Below, one piece after another: positions 18,995 through 28,600 of a DNA stretch of 64,000 nucleotides. This DNA is from an uncultured delta proteobacterium (GTDB lineage Bacteria; Desulfobacterota; Desulfobacteria; Desulfobacterales; QNYZ01): NCBI GenBank assembly GCA_963845145.1, contig CAWJQU010000005.1, positions 394,256 to 458,255 of the forward strand, in the 5' to 3' direction. The notes beneath the pieces were generated by a model. It was not told where the DNA came from. It did not search any database and saw only the letters and a program-made list of their open reading frames with translations. The stretch's first letter is position 1. Each line of letters begins with the position of its first letter. The position numbers were made by a program, and so were the translations under genes.

Positions 18995-21900
18995 ATCTGC
19001 CGCGCTTCAGTGTCAATCGCCCCATTTTCACCGTGATGGTGACGCTGGTCTTTGTCATCCTGGGCGCCTTTTCCCTGAACAGATTACAAATCGACATGCT
19101 ACCCGACATCGAGCTGCCCACCCTGAATATCAGAACGAACTACGAGGGGGCCAGCCCCGAGGTGATGGAGCGTTTGATCACGCAAATTGTCGAGGAGATC
19201 GTGGCCACGGTGCCGGGCGTCAAGGAGATCACATCCTCATCTTCGGAAGGTCGCAGCAACGTTCAGGTCAATTTTGTATGGGGCACCAAAATCGACACGG
19301 CGGCCATTGATGTGCAGGGCAAGCTCGAAGATGAGATCAATGAGCTACCGGATGATGTTGTCCGGCCACGCATTCGAAAATTCGATATCGCCAGTTTTCC
19401 GGTCGTCTTGCTTGGAATTTCCAGCAATTTAGATCCGGTGGAGCTCACGGAATTGATTGAAGTCCAGATCCGTTACCGGTTTGCCCGCATCCCGGATGTC
19501 GCTCAGGTCGATGTGTGGGGCGGCTTCCATCGAGAGGTCCGCATTGAGCTGGATCCCGACCGGATAAAGGCCGTCGGCTTGCCGCTGAACAGGCTGCTTG
19601 CATCCATTCGCGACGCCAACCTCGATTTGCCGACGGGCAAAATTGAACGGGGACGTTACGAGGTCACCCTACGCGCACCCGCCGAGTTTATCAGCCTTGA
19701 TCAGATTCGGGACACAGTGGTCGCCCGTAAGGAAGGAGCCGTCATCACCCTGGGCCAAATCGCCACGGTCAAAGACACATACGAAAAATTAACCCGAATT
19801 ATCCGTGTCAACGGAGGGCGGGGCGTGCGCGTAGCGATCCGTAAGCAAGCCAATGCCAACACGGTGGAAGTATCCAAGCGTATTCTGGCTGAAATTGACG
19901 CAGTCAACCGGGCCTTTCCCCAGATAAAGGTCGTCCCGGTTATCAACCAGGGCAACTTCATCGAGCGTTCCATTACCAATGTCGCCCGCTCGGTACTATA
20001 CGGGGGTGGCCTGGCGATTGTCGTTTTACTATTTTTTCTGCGCAACATTCGCAGCACACTGGTCATTTCCCTATCCATCCCGATCTCGGTCATTACCACC
20101 TTCGCCTTGATATTCTCCGGCGGCTTTACCCTCAACTTGATGACCCTGGGCGGTTTGGCTTTGGGGGTGGGCATGATGGTCGACAACTCCATCGTCGTGC
20201 TCGAGAACATATTTCGACGACGCAGTGAAATGGGCGAGTCCCCGCAACAAGCGTCGGTGGAAGGTGCCCGGGAGGTCGGTACGGCGATCATTGCCAGTAC
20301 GATTACCACCCTGGTCATTTTTCTGCCGTTGATTTTTGTGCGCGGCGTCTCCGGGATACTCTTCCAGGAATTGGCCTATGTGATCATATTTTCGCTGATT
20401 TGTTCGCTGGTGGTCGCCATGAGCCTCGTTCCCATGCTCGCATCGCGGTTGTTATCTTCGAAGCGGCGTTCTCCCGAAAAATCGGCGGTACGATCAAACC
20501 GTTTGGCTGTCGTCGCCGGAAACTTTTTTTCCGGTCTGGAAAAAATGTATCTCGATTTGCTCCGTTGGGCATTGACCCATCGCGCATTCACCGCACTTGC
20601 CTCCGCGGCCCTACTCGGCGCGAGTTTCTTTCTGTTACCCCTTATCGGCAGTGAATTCCTACCCCCCAGCGATGAGGGCGAGGTTCGCGTGAGCGGTCAG
20701 ATGGAGATCGGCACGAGGCTCGATTTGGTCGATCGGCAAACCCGCGTCATGGAACAAATTATTCACCCGGTTGTGCCCGAAGCTGTGGCGTCGGTGGTCA
20801 GCATCGGCGCTTCCGGCTGGCGGGCGGATGCAGGCGCGGAAGGTGAAATCAGGATGTCTTTAACCCCTGCCATTGAGCGCGGACGGTCCAATGTTGAAAT
20901 CGCCCGGGATCTGCGGCATCGTTTGGAGGGAAAGGTACCCGGCATGAAAATCCGCGTGCGGGCGCCTCAGGGTCAGTTTTTACTGGAACGGGTTCTAGGG
21001 GGAGAGGAGGGTTTGACCGTTGAGATTCGCGGTTACGATCTTGCAACAATGGACATGCTGGCCGGAAAGGTTGAAGAGCTGATTGAGGATGTGCCGGGAA
21101 TCACCGACGTACAGACCAGCCTTAAAGCCGGTGTTCCCCAACAGGAAATCCGGGTGAACCGCGATAGAGTCGCTGATCTCGGCTTAAGCCCGCGGGATGT
21201 CGCACAACTTTTGCAAACCGCCGTGGCCGGAACCAAAGCCGGCGAGTACCGGACCGGGGGAAACGCCTATCGCATCCTGGTTCAGCTCAAGGATGCCGAG
21301 AAACGTTCGCTGGACGAAATTCTCGACCTTACGCTGGCTTCGGCATCCGGTGAAAAAGTGGCGCTGCGCAGCCTGGTGACAACCCATTCGAGTCGCGGTC
21401 CGGTTCTCATCGACCGAAAAAACCAGCAGAGAAGGGTGACCGTCCGCGCCAATGTCGCGGGACGTGATCTGGGATCCGTGGCCAAAGATGTAGATTTATT
21501 ACTGGACCGGATTCCACGACCGGTTGGATATGATCTGATGGTGGCCGGCAATTTCGAAGAGCAGCAAAAGGCATCCCGAGAGTTGATCATCTCGCTCGGA
21601 CTGGCGTTGCTCCTTGTATACATGGTATTGGCCTGTCAATATGAGTCCTTTCGGGATCCGCTGGTCGTCATGTTCTCCGTCCCCCTGGCAGCGGTGGGCG
21701 TTTTGACGACCTTGTTTATTACAAATACGACCCTTAATGTGCAATCCTACATTGGTTGCATCATGCTTGGCGGGATCGTCGTGAACAATGCCATTCTGCT
21801 AGTAGATCAAGCCGGACGATTGATCCGGGACAACATGCGCTCCCTCGAAGCCCTGATTGAAGCCGGCCGCCGCCGACTCCGGCCGATCCTTATGACAACC

Positions 21901-22080
21901 TTGACAACCATCCTGGGCCTGTTGCCGCTGGCTTTGGGTGTCGGCGAAGGCTCCGAGGCCCAGGCGCCGCTGGCGAGAACCGTTATCGGCGGTCTGGCGG
22001 GGTCGACATTGATCACATTGGTCCTGATCCCCGTGGTTTATTCGTTGTTTCATCCCGATTCGAGGACCGATAACGAATAA
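18991..22080 (+). CDS. RND inner-membrane efflux transporter (AcrB/HAE1-like, 12 TMS)
   Basis: 1029 aa. [17 protein letters not shown] start, conserved [20 protein letters not shown] and [18 protein letters not shown]4/TM10 blocks. Confidence 0.9.
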   Translation: MNLPRFSVNRPIFTVMVTLVFVILGAFSLNRLQIDMLPDIELPTLNIRTNYEGASPEVMERLITQIVEEIVATVPGVKEITSSSSEGRSNVQVNFVWGTKIDTAAIDVQGKLEDEINELPDDVVRPRIRKFDIASFPVVLLGISSNLDPVELTELIEVQIRYRFARIPDVAQVDVWGGFHREVRIELDPDRIKAVGLPLNRLLASIRDANLDLPTGKIERGRYEVTLRAPAEFISLDQIRDTVVARKEGAVITLGQIATVKDTYEKLTRIIRVNGGRGVRVAIRKQANANTVEVSKRILAEIDAVNRAFPQIKVVPVINQGNFIERSITNVARSVLYGGGLAIVVLLFFLRNIRSTLVISLSIPISVITTFALIFSGGFTLNLMTLGGLALGVGMMVDNSIVVLENIFRRRSEMGESPQQASVEGAREVGTAIIASTITTLVIFLPLIFVRGVSGILFQELAYVIIFSLICSLVVAMSLVPMLASRLLSSKRRSPEKSAVRSNRLAVVAGNFFSGLEKMYLDLLRWALTHRAFTALASAALLGASFFLLPLIGSEFLPPSDEGEVRVSGQMEIGTRLDLVDRQTRVMEQIIHPVVPEAVASVVSIGASGWRADAGAEGEIRMSLTPAIERGRSNVEIARDLRHRLEGKVPGMKIRVRAPQGQFLLERVLGGEEGLTVEIRGYDLATMDMLAGKVEELIEDVPGITDVQTSLKAGVPQQEIRVNRDRVADLGLSPRDVAQLLQTAVAGTKAGEYRTGGNAYRILVQLKDAEKRSLDEILDLTLASASGEKVALRSLVTTHSSRGPVLIDRKNQQRRVTVRANVAGRDLGSVAKDVDLLLDRIPRPVGYDLMVAGNFEEQQKASRELIISLGLALLLVYMVLACQYESFRDPLVVMFSVPLAAVGVLTTLFITNTTLNVQSYIGCIMLGGIVVNNAILLVDQAGRLIRDNMRSLEALIEAGRRRLRPILMTTLTTILGLLPLALGVGEGSEAQAPLARTVIGGLAGSTLITLVLIPVVYSLFHPDSRTDNE

Positions 22081-22324
22081 AAATGGATATCTCCATCTTC
22101 CGACGGTTTGACCTGCCTGAATAGCGTTATCTCTTCTCATTTTGATAAAATAGATCAATGGATCGTCGTGAACTATTTGCTCAACCCAATGAGTGCCTGT
22201 GGAAAATGCGGATAAATTATTTTGACTTTCTAAAGATTCAATACTATTTCGATTCAAACTCATATACCATTTGAATTAATGAGCCATTTTGGCATTGGCC
22301 CAAATATAACATCTTTTATCGACC

Positions 22325-22732
22325 ATGACCCGAAGCATCGAAATAAAAATAAAAATTCCATTTCATGATCTAGACCCCATGCATGTCGTCTGGCATGGTA
22401 ACTATATGAAATATTTCGATATTGCCCGGTTTGAATTGTTTAGCCGCGCGGGTGTTGATTTATATGGTTTTTCAGTTAAACATAAGATCATGTTTCCTGT
22501 TACACGGACCAACACCAAACACATCTTCCCCCTAAGGCACCAAGACGAAATAATTTGCAAGGCGACCATTTCGGAAGCCCAATACAAAATCGGCATCGAC
22601 TTTGATATACGAAGGGTTGAAGACGGGCAGATTTGTACCCGTGGCCGGGGCGAACAGGTGGCTGTTAAGGTACCGGAAATGGAACTATTGTTTGAAATAC
22701 CGAAGGAAATTCGAACCGCACTGGGATTTTAA
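22325..22732 (+). CDS. Hot-dog (4HBT/YbgC-type) acyl thioesterase
   Basis: 135 aa. FHDLDPMHVVWHGNYMKYFDIAR carries the catalytic Asp context of 4HBT thioesterases. First gene of a co-directional run. Confidence 0.7.
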   Translation: MTRSIEIKIKIPFHDLDPMHVVWHGNYMKYFDIARFELFSRAGVDLYGFSVKHKIMFPVTRTNTKHIFPLRHQDEIICKATISEAQYKIGIDFDIRRVEDGQICTRGRGEQVAVKVPEMELLFEIPKEIRTALGF

Positions 22733-22734
22733 AA

Positions 22735-24459
22735 ATGACAGCACAAATGAGTACTGCATTTTCGGCTGGATATGAGCGGCTTTCCGCCTGGGCCGAACTT
22801 CTGGATCAAATCAATGTCTATCCGGTGGCCGATGCGGATACGGGCCGCAATCTGATGATCAGCCTGGCACCGTTGCGCGATATGAAGGGTGACGACAAAA
22901 CGACCCCCCATCGACTACTCATGTCCGCCACCGGCAACTCCGGTAATATCGCCAACTGTTTTTTTTCCGAATTTATTGCCAATAATCCCGCCGAGAACAT
23001 CCCTCAAGCAGCCAAAGCGGGAAGAGACCGGGCCTGGCAGGCCATTCTCGACCCTCAACCCGGCACCATGCTGACCGTCCTGGATTCCCTGACGGAACAA
23101 CTTGAGAATACGCTTGTAAAAAACCTTACGGATATTTTTCCGACGCTGATCGAAACCTTACAAGCCAGTGTGCATGCCACGGCACAAGGTCTTCCCGTGC
23201 TTCAGGCGGCCGGTGTGGTGGATTCCGGTGCCTTGGGGATCTATATCTTTATGGAGGGATTTTTTGCCCAACTGACCAATCGGCAGGGCGGACTACGCCC
23301 CATCACCGAGACATTTGATGGAAAGTTATCCATATCCACCACTTTTCAGGCCAATGCCGAGGCCGGCTTTTGTGTGGATACGGTCATTAAAACCGATGCA
23401 GGACAAAATCCGGCCTTGGATGTGTTGTCCCAAGTCGGGGAAAGCATCGTCGTGACCCGTGATGATGCGGCACTTAAAATTCACTTGCACACCCGCAGTC
23501 GGGCGGAGGCACGAAAGGCCCTGGAGACATTGGGTGATGTCGTTCAATGGTCGGATGAAATGCTCGAATCCACGCATAGCGCGGAAAAGCATCTATCCAC
23601 CGAGCCGCTAGTCCGCATCGTGACCGATGCCGCCGGCTCGGTCACGCGCAAACAGGCCCAGGAGCTCGGCATCACCCTGTTGGATAGTTATATCGTTGAA
23701 GAGAACCAAAGCCTGCCGGAAACCCTCGTTTCGCCGGAGGCACTATATCGTTCCATGCAAAAGGGCATCCGCATCACGACGGCCCAGGCGTCTGTGTTTG
23801 AACGCCAGCAACGCTACCAAAGCATCATCAGTCGATTTCGATATGCCCTCTATCTATGCGTTGGCTCCGTTTACACGGGCAATTACGATGCGGCCATGGC
23901 CTGGCGGGAGAAAAACGACCCGGAAAGCCGTTTGGAAGTGATGGATACCGGCGCTGCGTCAGGCCGATTGGGAATTATTGCCCGGGCTGTGGCCGAATAT
24001 GCCAATCAGGGCCATACAGTAGCCCAGGTTATTAATTTTGCTAAATCGGCTGAAGAACAGAGTGAAGAATACCTCTTTTTGGATCGTTTGAAATATCTGG
24101 CCGCCGGTGGCCGCATATCCAAAAGCAAGGGTTTTATGGGCGACCTTTTGCATATGAAGCCGATCATCAGCCCCACCCGGGACGGCGCCGCCAAGGCGGG
24201 AACCGTTCGAAACCGGGAACAACAGGTCGATTTTGCCATGGATAAAATCAAGGCCCTCTCCCAGCGGGCGGACTGTTTTTCTATTTTGTTGGAATATTCC
24301 GATAACCGGCAGTGGGTTGAAGAGACGGTATTGAAAAAAATAGAGGAGCGCTATCCCGCAGCCCGGATAATGATAACGCCGTTGTCGCTGACTTCCGGGG
24401 TGCATATGGGGCCGGGTACCTGGGGCGTGGCCCTGTTGCCTTCGATTCAAACCGAATGA
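22735..24459 (+). CDS. Fusion protein: Dak2 (FakA/DhaL-type kinase) domain fused to a DegV (FakB-type fatty-acid-binding) domain
   Basis: N-terminal half: NVYPVADADTGRNL, GNSGNIA, FCVDTVI...GESIVVTRDD..LKIHLHT (Dak2/YloV layout). C-terminal half: RIVTDAAGSVT...GITLLDSYIV..., a DegV-type EDD fold. Confidence 0.7.
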   Translation: MTAQMSTAFSAGYERLSAWAELLDQINVYPVADADTGRNLMISLAPLRDMKGDDKTTPHRLLMSATGNSGNIANCFFSEFIANNPAENIPQAAKAGRDRAWQAILDPQPGTMLTVLDSLTEQLENTLVKNLTDIFPTLIETLQASVHATAQGLPVLQAAGVVDSGALGIYIFMEGFFAQLTNRQGGLRPITETFDGKLSISTTFQANAEAGFCVDTVIKTDAGQNPALDVLSQVGESIVVTRDDAALKIHLHTRSRAEARKALETLGDVVQWSDEMLESTHSAEKHLSTEPLVRIVTDAAGSVTRKQAQELGITLLDSYIVEENQSLPETLVSPEALYRSMQKGIRITTAQASVFERQQRYQSIISRFRYALYLCVGSVYTGNYDAAMAWREKNDPESRLEVMDTGAASGRLGIIARAVAEYANQGHTVAQVINFAKSAEEQSEEYLFLDRLKYLAAGGRISKSKGFMGDLLHMKPIISPTRDGAAKAGTVRNREQQVDFAMDKIKALSQRADCFSILLEYSDNRQWVEETVLKKIEERYPAARIMITPLSLTSGVHMGPGTWGVALLPSIQTE

Positions 24460-25199
24460 CACACATTCCGCCCAATGATGACACATCCGGCCGCTTTGCC
24501 GTTATCATTCCAGTCTACAATCACGAATTGACCGTCGCCACCGTGGTCCGAAAAGCACAGGCGCTCGGATTTCCGGTCTGGGTGGTGGATGACGGCTCAA
24601 CCGATTCAACGTACAATCAAGTGAAAACCATCGAAGGGGTGCGCATTTTGCACCATGACGTTAACCGGGGTAAAGGGGCCGCGCTCGCGACCGGTATGTT
24701 GGCCGCATCAAAAACGGCAGACTGGGCCATCACCCTTGATGCCGATGGGCAGCATCGACCCGGTGATGCAAAGAACCTGATTGATGCCATACAAAACGGC
24801 CAAAGACCGATAGTCATCGGCTGCCGGCAAGGAATGCAACAGGCCCGAGCCCCCTGGACGAGCCGGTTCGGACGTAAATTTTCAAACTTCTGGGTCATGG
24901 CCTCGGGCGGGCCCGACGTTGCCGATTCCCAAAGCGGATTTCGAATCTATCCACTACCCGAAAGTCTTGATCTGAAGGTTAAATCCGGACGGTTTCAGTT
25001 TGAGATCGAAATCCTGGTTAAAGCTTTTTGGCGAGGATGGGCGGTGGCGGAAGCACCGGTCAGCGTTTCTTACCATCCGGGGACGCCACGTATTTCCCAT
25101 TTTCACCCCTGGCTCGACTTTTTTCGAAATTCCGGCCTTTTCACCCGGCTTATATTCTATCGCATCTTTATGCTATGGCATCGCAACAACCCAAAATAA
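24456..25199 (+). CDS. Family-2 glycosyltransferase (DPM1/ApeJ-like)
   Basis: VIIPVYNHE...VVDDGSTDST...NRGKGAAL...LDADGQH. Start overlaps the previous stop. Confidence 0.8.
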   Translation: MTHIPPNDDTSGRFAVIIPVYNHELTVATVVRKAQALGFPVWVVDDGSTDSTYNQVKTIEGVRILHHDVNRGKGAALATGMLAASKTADWAITLDADGQHRPGDAKNLIDAIQNGQRPIVIGCRQGMQQARAPWTSRFGRKFSNFWVMASGGPDVADSQSGFRIYPLPESLDLKVKSGRFQFEIEILVKAFWRGWAVAEAPVSVSYHPGTPRISHFHPWLDFFRNSGLFTRLIFYRIFMLWHRNNPK

Positions 25200-25209
25200 C
25201 CGGGAATTC

Positions 25210-26088
25210 ATGAAACGCGGTTTTTATTTCTTACTCATACGGATCACACGGTTGTGCGGTGCCTGGGTATTTCATTTGATCGCCGGGGGCGTCGCCGCCG
25301 GTTATTTTCTTTTTAGGCCACATCAGACCGCGATAAGCATTCGGTTTTATCGTGCCCTCTACCCTGAAAAAAAAAGCCGCTTCCACATTGGGTGCGCCTG
25401 GCGGCAATATCTAAATTTTACAACGGTTTATCTGGATCGGTTCGTTTTAGAAGCACGAGATGATGTCGAAACCACCCATGAAGGCTGGGAACACATCGAA
25501 GCCTGTCTGGCCCGCCGAACCGGTGCGATTATCCTCATGTCCCATTTGGGCAACTGGGAATTGGCGGCCCATTTGATGAAACGAAAGGAAAAACGCATTC
25601 GACTGCTTTTGTACATGGGGCGACGCGCAAAGGAACAAATCGAATCGATTCAAAAAACAGATTTGAGCACCCGGGGCGTCCGCATTATCGCCGTGGATGA
25701 AGACCAGGGCTCCCCTTTTGATATTCTCGAAGGGGTCCGCTTTTTGCAAACTGGTGGTATCGTCTCCATGACGGGGGATCGTTTGTGGCACCCGGACCAG
25801 CGGTTTGTTGAGGCGGCATTTTTAAATCATACCATTCGCCTACCGGAAACGCCCCATGTGATGGCCATGTTATCGGGCGCCCCGCTACTGATATTTTTCT
25901 CATTTCGTATAGGCAAAAACCGCTATCACTTAAGCTTGAGCGAACCGTTAAAGATCGAACATACGCCGCGTCGACAACGGGCGGCCGTTATTGAGCAAAG
26001 CGCTCAGCGTTATGCCGATCTTCTGGAACAAGCCTTGCGAAAAAATCCGCACCAATGGTATCACTTCGAGCCATTTCTTGAAAAATGA
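25210..26088 (+). CDS. LpxL/HtrB-type lysophospholipid/lipid A acyltransferase family protein
   Basis: MSHLGNWELAA (HX4E motif), N-terminal TM helix, about 292 aa from the ATG at 25210. The listed ORF start 25000 overlaps the GT2 gene and is rejected. Confidence 0.7.
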   Translation: MKRGFYFLLIRITRLCGAWVFHLIAGGVAAGYFLFRPHQTAISIRFYRALYPEKKSRFHIGCAWRQYLNFTTVYLDRFVLEARDDVETTHEGWEHIEACLARRTGAIILMSHLGNWELAAHLMKRKEKRIRLLLYMGRRAKEQIESIQKTDLSTRGVRIIAVDEDQGSPFDILEGVRFLQTGGIVSMTGDRLWHPDQRFVEAAFLNHTIRLPETPHVMAMLSGAPLLIFFSFRIGKNRYHLSLSEPLKIEHTPRRQRAAVIEQSAQRYADLLEQALRKNPHQWYHFEPFLEK

Positions 26089-26202
26089 GCGACCCTATTC
26101 TACCGGTGGTCGTTTTGCTTTGAAATAATAACCCATTTAATGTAAAAGAAATATTTCTGATATTAAAATATCTTCTGATTTTAAACATGAGCGCATGGAT
26201 TT

Positions 26203-26478
26203 ATGACCAAAGACGAAATTATAATCGCCCTTAACCGTATTTTTTTAGAACGATTTGAAATTGAAAATCCGGGTTTGGATGAAAATTTACGAGAAACTTA
26301 TGAGTTCGACAGTATTGATGCCATCGAACTGCTGCAAGAGATCGAGGTGCTACTGGACCGCACCCTGGAACGTGACGAGAAAAAAATGGCCATGGAAATC
26401 CGCACTCTTGGCCAAGTTGTTGATTACATTTATGATCTATTCGGATCGCAAAGCTCAAACGAATCCCAAGCCACCTGA
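26203..26478 (+). CDS. Acyl carrier protein
   Basis: 91 aa, acidic. YEFDSIDAIELL phosphopantetheine Ser motif. Confidence 0.85.
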   Translation: MTKDEIIIALNRIFLERFEIENPGLDENLRETYEFDSIDAIELLQEIEVLLDRTLERDEKKMAMEIRTLGQVVDYIYDLFGSQSSNESQAT

Positions 26479-26496
26479 TATTACCCGTTATTTAAT

Positions 26497-27732
26497 ATGA
26501 CACGAAGAGTCGTCATTACCGCCGGCAGCGCCATTACACCCATCGGTCGAACCCGTCGGGAGATCATCGATCACCTGGTCAATGGTAAATCCGGGGTCAA
26601 ACCGCTGCGCGATGACGGCCTTTTGTCCCAGCGTGTTCACTCCGGTGTGTTCGGAACCGTAGACTATCCTATTGAATACGACTTTAAGCGCAGCCATCGC
26701 AAAACCATGGGGCCGGTCAGCTATTATGCCTGCCAGGTGGCCAAGGAAACCCTGGAACAATCGGGATTGGACGAAGCCTTCATCACTTCCGGTCGCCTGG
26801 GGGTTGCTTTCGGCTCCACCCATGGCAGCCCCACGGTTCAACGACATATCTTCAAAACCTTTTTCAATCCGGATAAGTCGATCTACAACAGCATCGGCGC
26901 GGTGGATTATTTAAAATCCATGGTCCACACCACCGCGGTTAATATTACCCGAATGTTCGGAATCACCGGCCGCATTATTTCGTCGTCCACCGCTTGTACC
27001 ACAAGCAGCCAGTCCATCGGGTTCGGCTACGAAACGGTTAAATTCGGCATCCAGGATGCCATGCTCTGCGGCGGTGCCGACGAGTACGATACAACCACGG
27101 TGGCGGTTTTCGATAACCTGTTGGCCTGCTCTTCGGATTTCAACGATACACCCCATCGAACGCCACGCCCCTTCGACAAACGCCGAGACGGCCTGGTGGT
27201 GGGCGAAGGCGCAGGTGCAGTGATGCTGGAAGCCTACGATTTTGCGCGAAAAAGAGGCGCGAATATTATCGGTGAGGTCATTGGATTTTCCTGCAACAAC
27301 AATGGCGGTGATCTGATTTTACCCAAGCTCGACGGCATCGCCGAGACCATCCGCCTGGCGCTTAAAGACGCCGACATCAGTCCGGACAACGTGGACTTTG
27401 TCAGCGCCCATGCTACAGCCACCAAAATGGGCGATGTTATTGAGGCCCAGGCCATCGACCGCGCCTATGGACGCGGACCGGCGGTGACCGGCTTGAAAAG
27501 CTACATGGGCCACACCATGGGCTCTTGCGGCGTCATCGAATCTATCATCACCCTATATTTGATGGCTGAAGGTTTCATCCCGGCCACCTTGAATCTGGAA
27601 GAGATCGATAAGCGCTGCGCCATGATTCGGCATATGACAGCCTTAGAAGAACATCCACTTAAGATAGGGGTCATTCAAAACTTTGCTTTCGGTGGCGTCA
27701 ATACCTGCCTGGTTCTGAAAAAATTTTCCTAA
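26497..27732 (+). CDS. Beta-ketoacyl-ACP synthase (KAS I/II type, Cys-His-His)
   Basis: SSSTACTTSSQS (Cys), VSAHATATKMGD (His), YMGHTMGSCG (His), C-terminal FAFGGVNTCLVL. Confidence 0.9.
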   Translation: MTRRVVITAGSAITPIGRTRREIIDHLVNGKSGVKPLRDDGLLSQRVHSGVFGTVDYPIEYDFKRSHRKTMGPVSYYACQVAKETLEQSGLDEAFITSGRLGVAFGSTHGSPTVQRHIFKTFFNPDKSIYNSIGAVDYLKSMVHTTAVNITRMFGITGRIISSSTACTTSSQSIGFGYETVKFGIQDAMLCGGADEYDTTTVAVFDNLLACSSDFNDTPHRTPRPFDKRRDGLVVGEGAGAVMLEAYDFARKRGANIIGEVIGFSCNNNGGDLILPKLDGIAETIRLALKDADISPDNVDFVSAHATATKMGDVIEAQAIDRAYGRGPAVTGLKSYMGHTMGSCGVIESIITLYLMAEGFIPATLNLEEIDKRCAMIRHMTALEEHPLKIGVIQNFAFGGVNTCLVLKKFS

Positions 27733-27754
27733 TGCGCCTCTTTGACAAACCCCT

Positions 27755-28558
27755 ATGAAACCCATGACGAAGAAACCGCCCACCCAACCTTTGCGGGTCG
27801 TCTGGGATGTGGTCGTGACCTTGGTCTTATGGACCTATTTTACGTTGGGGTTCATCATTTTTTTTGCCCCTTTTTATGCCATTGCCGCTTTTTTTAAAAA
27901 CCGGCGGGAATTGGCCTATCAGCGACTCAACCATCTATTTTTCAGAGGTTTCATCTTCCTGGTGCGCACCCTCCTTCCCGGCCACCGCTGGCGTATCGAC
28001 GAAACAGCCAAAAATATACGCTCCTCGGTCGTCGTGTGCAATCATCGCTCATACCTGGACCCGTTGATCCTCATTTCACTTTACGGCCGACAAAAGACCA
28101 TCGTTAAAAGCGATTTGTTCGCACTTCCATTGTTTGGTCGATTAATGCAGTGGTCCGGATTTATACCGTCGCGTTCCCGGGGCCCGATGGCCGAGTTGAT
28201 GCTTGAGCAGATGGAATCACTGGATGACTTTATGGTCGCCGGGGGCAACCTTTTTATTTTTCCCGAAGGCACCCGCAGTCGGGATGGTCGTATCGGCCGA
28301 CTCAACCCCAGCGCCTTTAAAATTGCCCGACGTTGCGGCGCGCCCATACGGGTGTTATTTATTAATAACACGGAAAAAACGTTTCCCCCTGAACGTTTTT
28401 GGTTTAACACCCAAGGCCCAAACACCATATCCGTACAATGGGTGGGCAGTATCGAAGCCAACGAATGGGCGCTAACCGATTCAACGGGAGCCGTCAGTGA
28501 ACGGGTACAAGAAATGTTGGAAAGGCACAACCGATTGGCTTCGGCCAATCCCGAGTAA
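27755..28558 (+). CDS. PlsC-family 1-acyl-glycerol-3-phosphate-type acyltransferase
   Basis: N-terminal TM helix. NHRSYLDP (HX4D), FPEGTRS block. Confidence 0.8.
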   Translation: MKPMTKKPPTQPLRVVWDVVVTLVLWTYFTLGFIIFFAPFYAIAAFFKNRRELAYQRLNHLFFRGFIFLVRTLLPGHRWRIDETAKNIRSSVVVCNHRSYLDPLILISLYGRQKTIVKSDLFALPLFGRLMQWSGFIPSRSRGPMAELMLEQMESLDDFMVAGGNLFIFPEGTRSRDGRIGRLNPSAFKIARRCGAPIRVLFINNTEKTFPPERFWFNTQGPNTISVQWVGSIEANEWALTDSTGAVSERVQEMLERHNRLASANPE

Positions 28559-28600
28559 CCGATTTCTTGATCATCTCTAAAATAATGCCGGGTATTAGCC

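Noticed and set aside
25000-25209. Listed ORF start at 25000 for the LpxL-type acyltransferase
   Set aside because: The first 70 codons overlap the GT2 gene in another frame and look non-protein-like. An ATG at 25210 follows the GT2 stop and gives a normal N-terminal TM helix.
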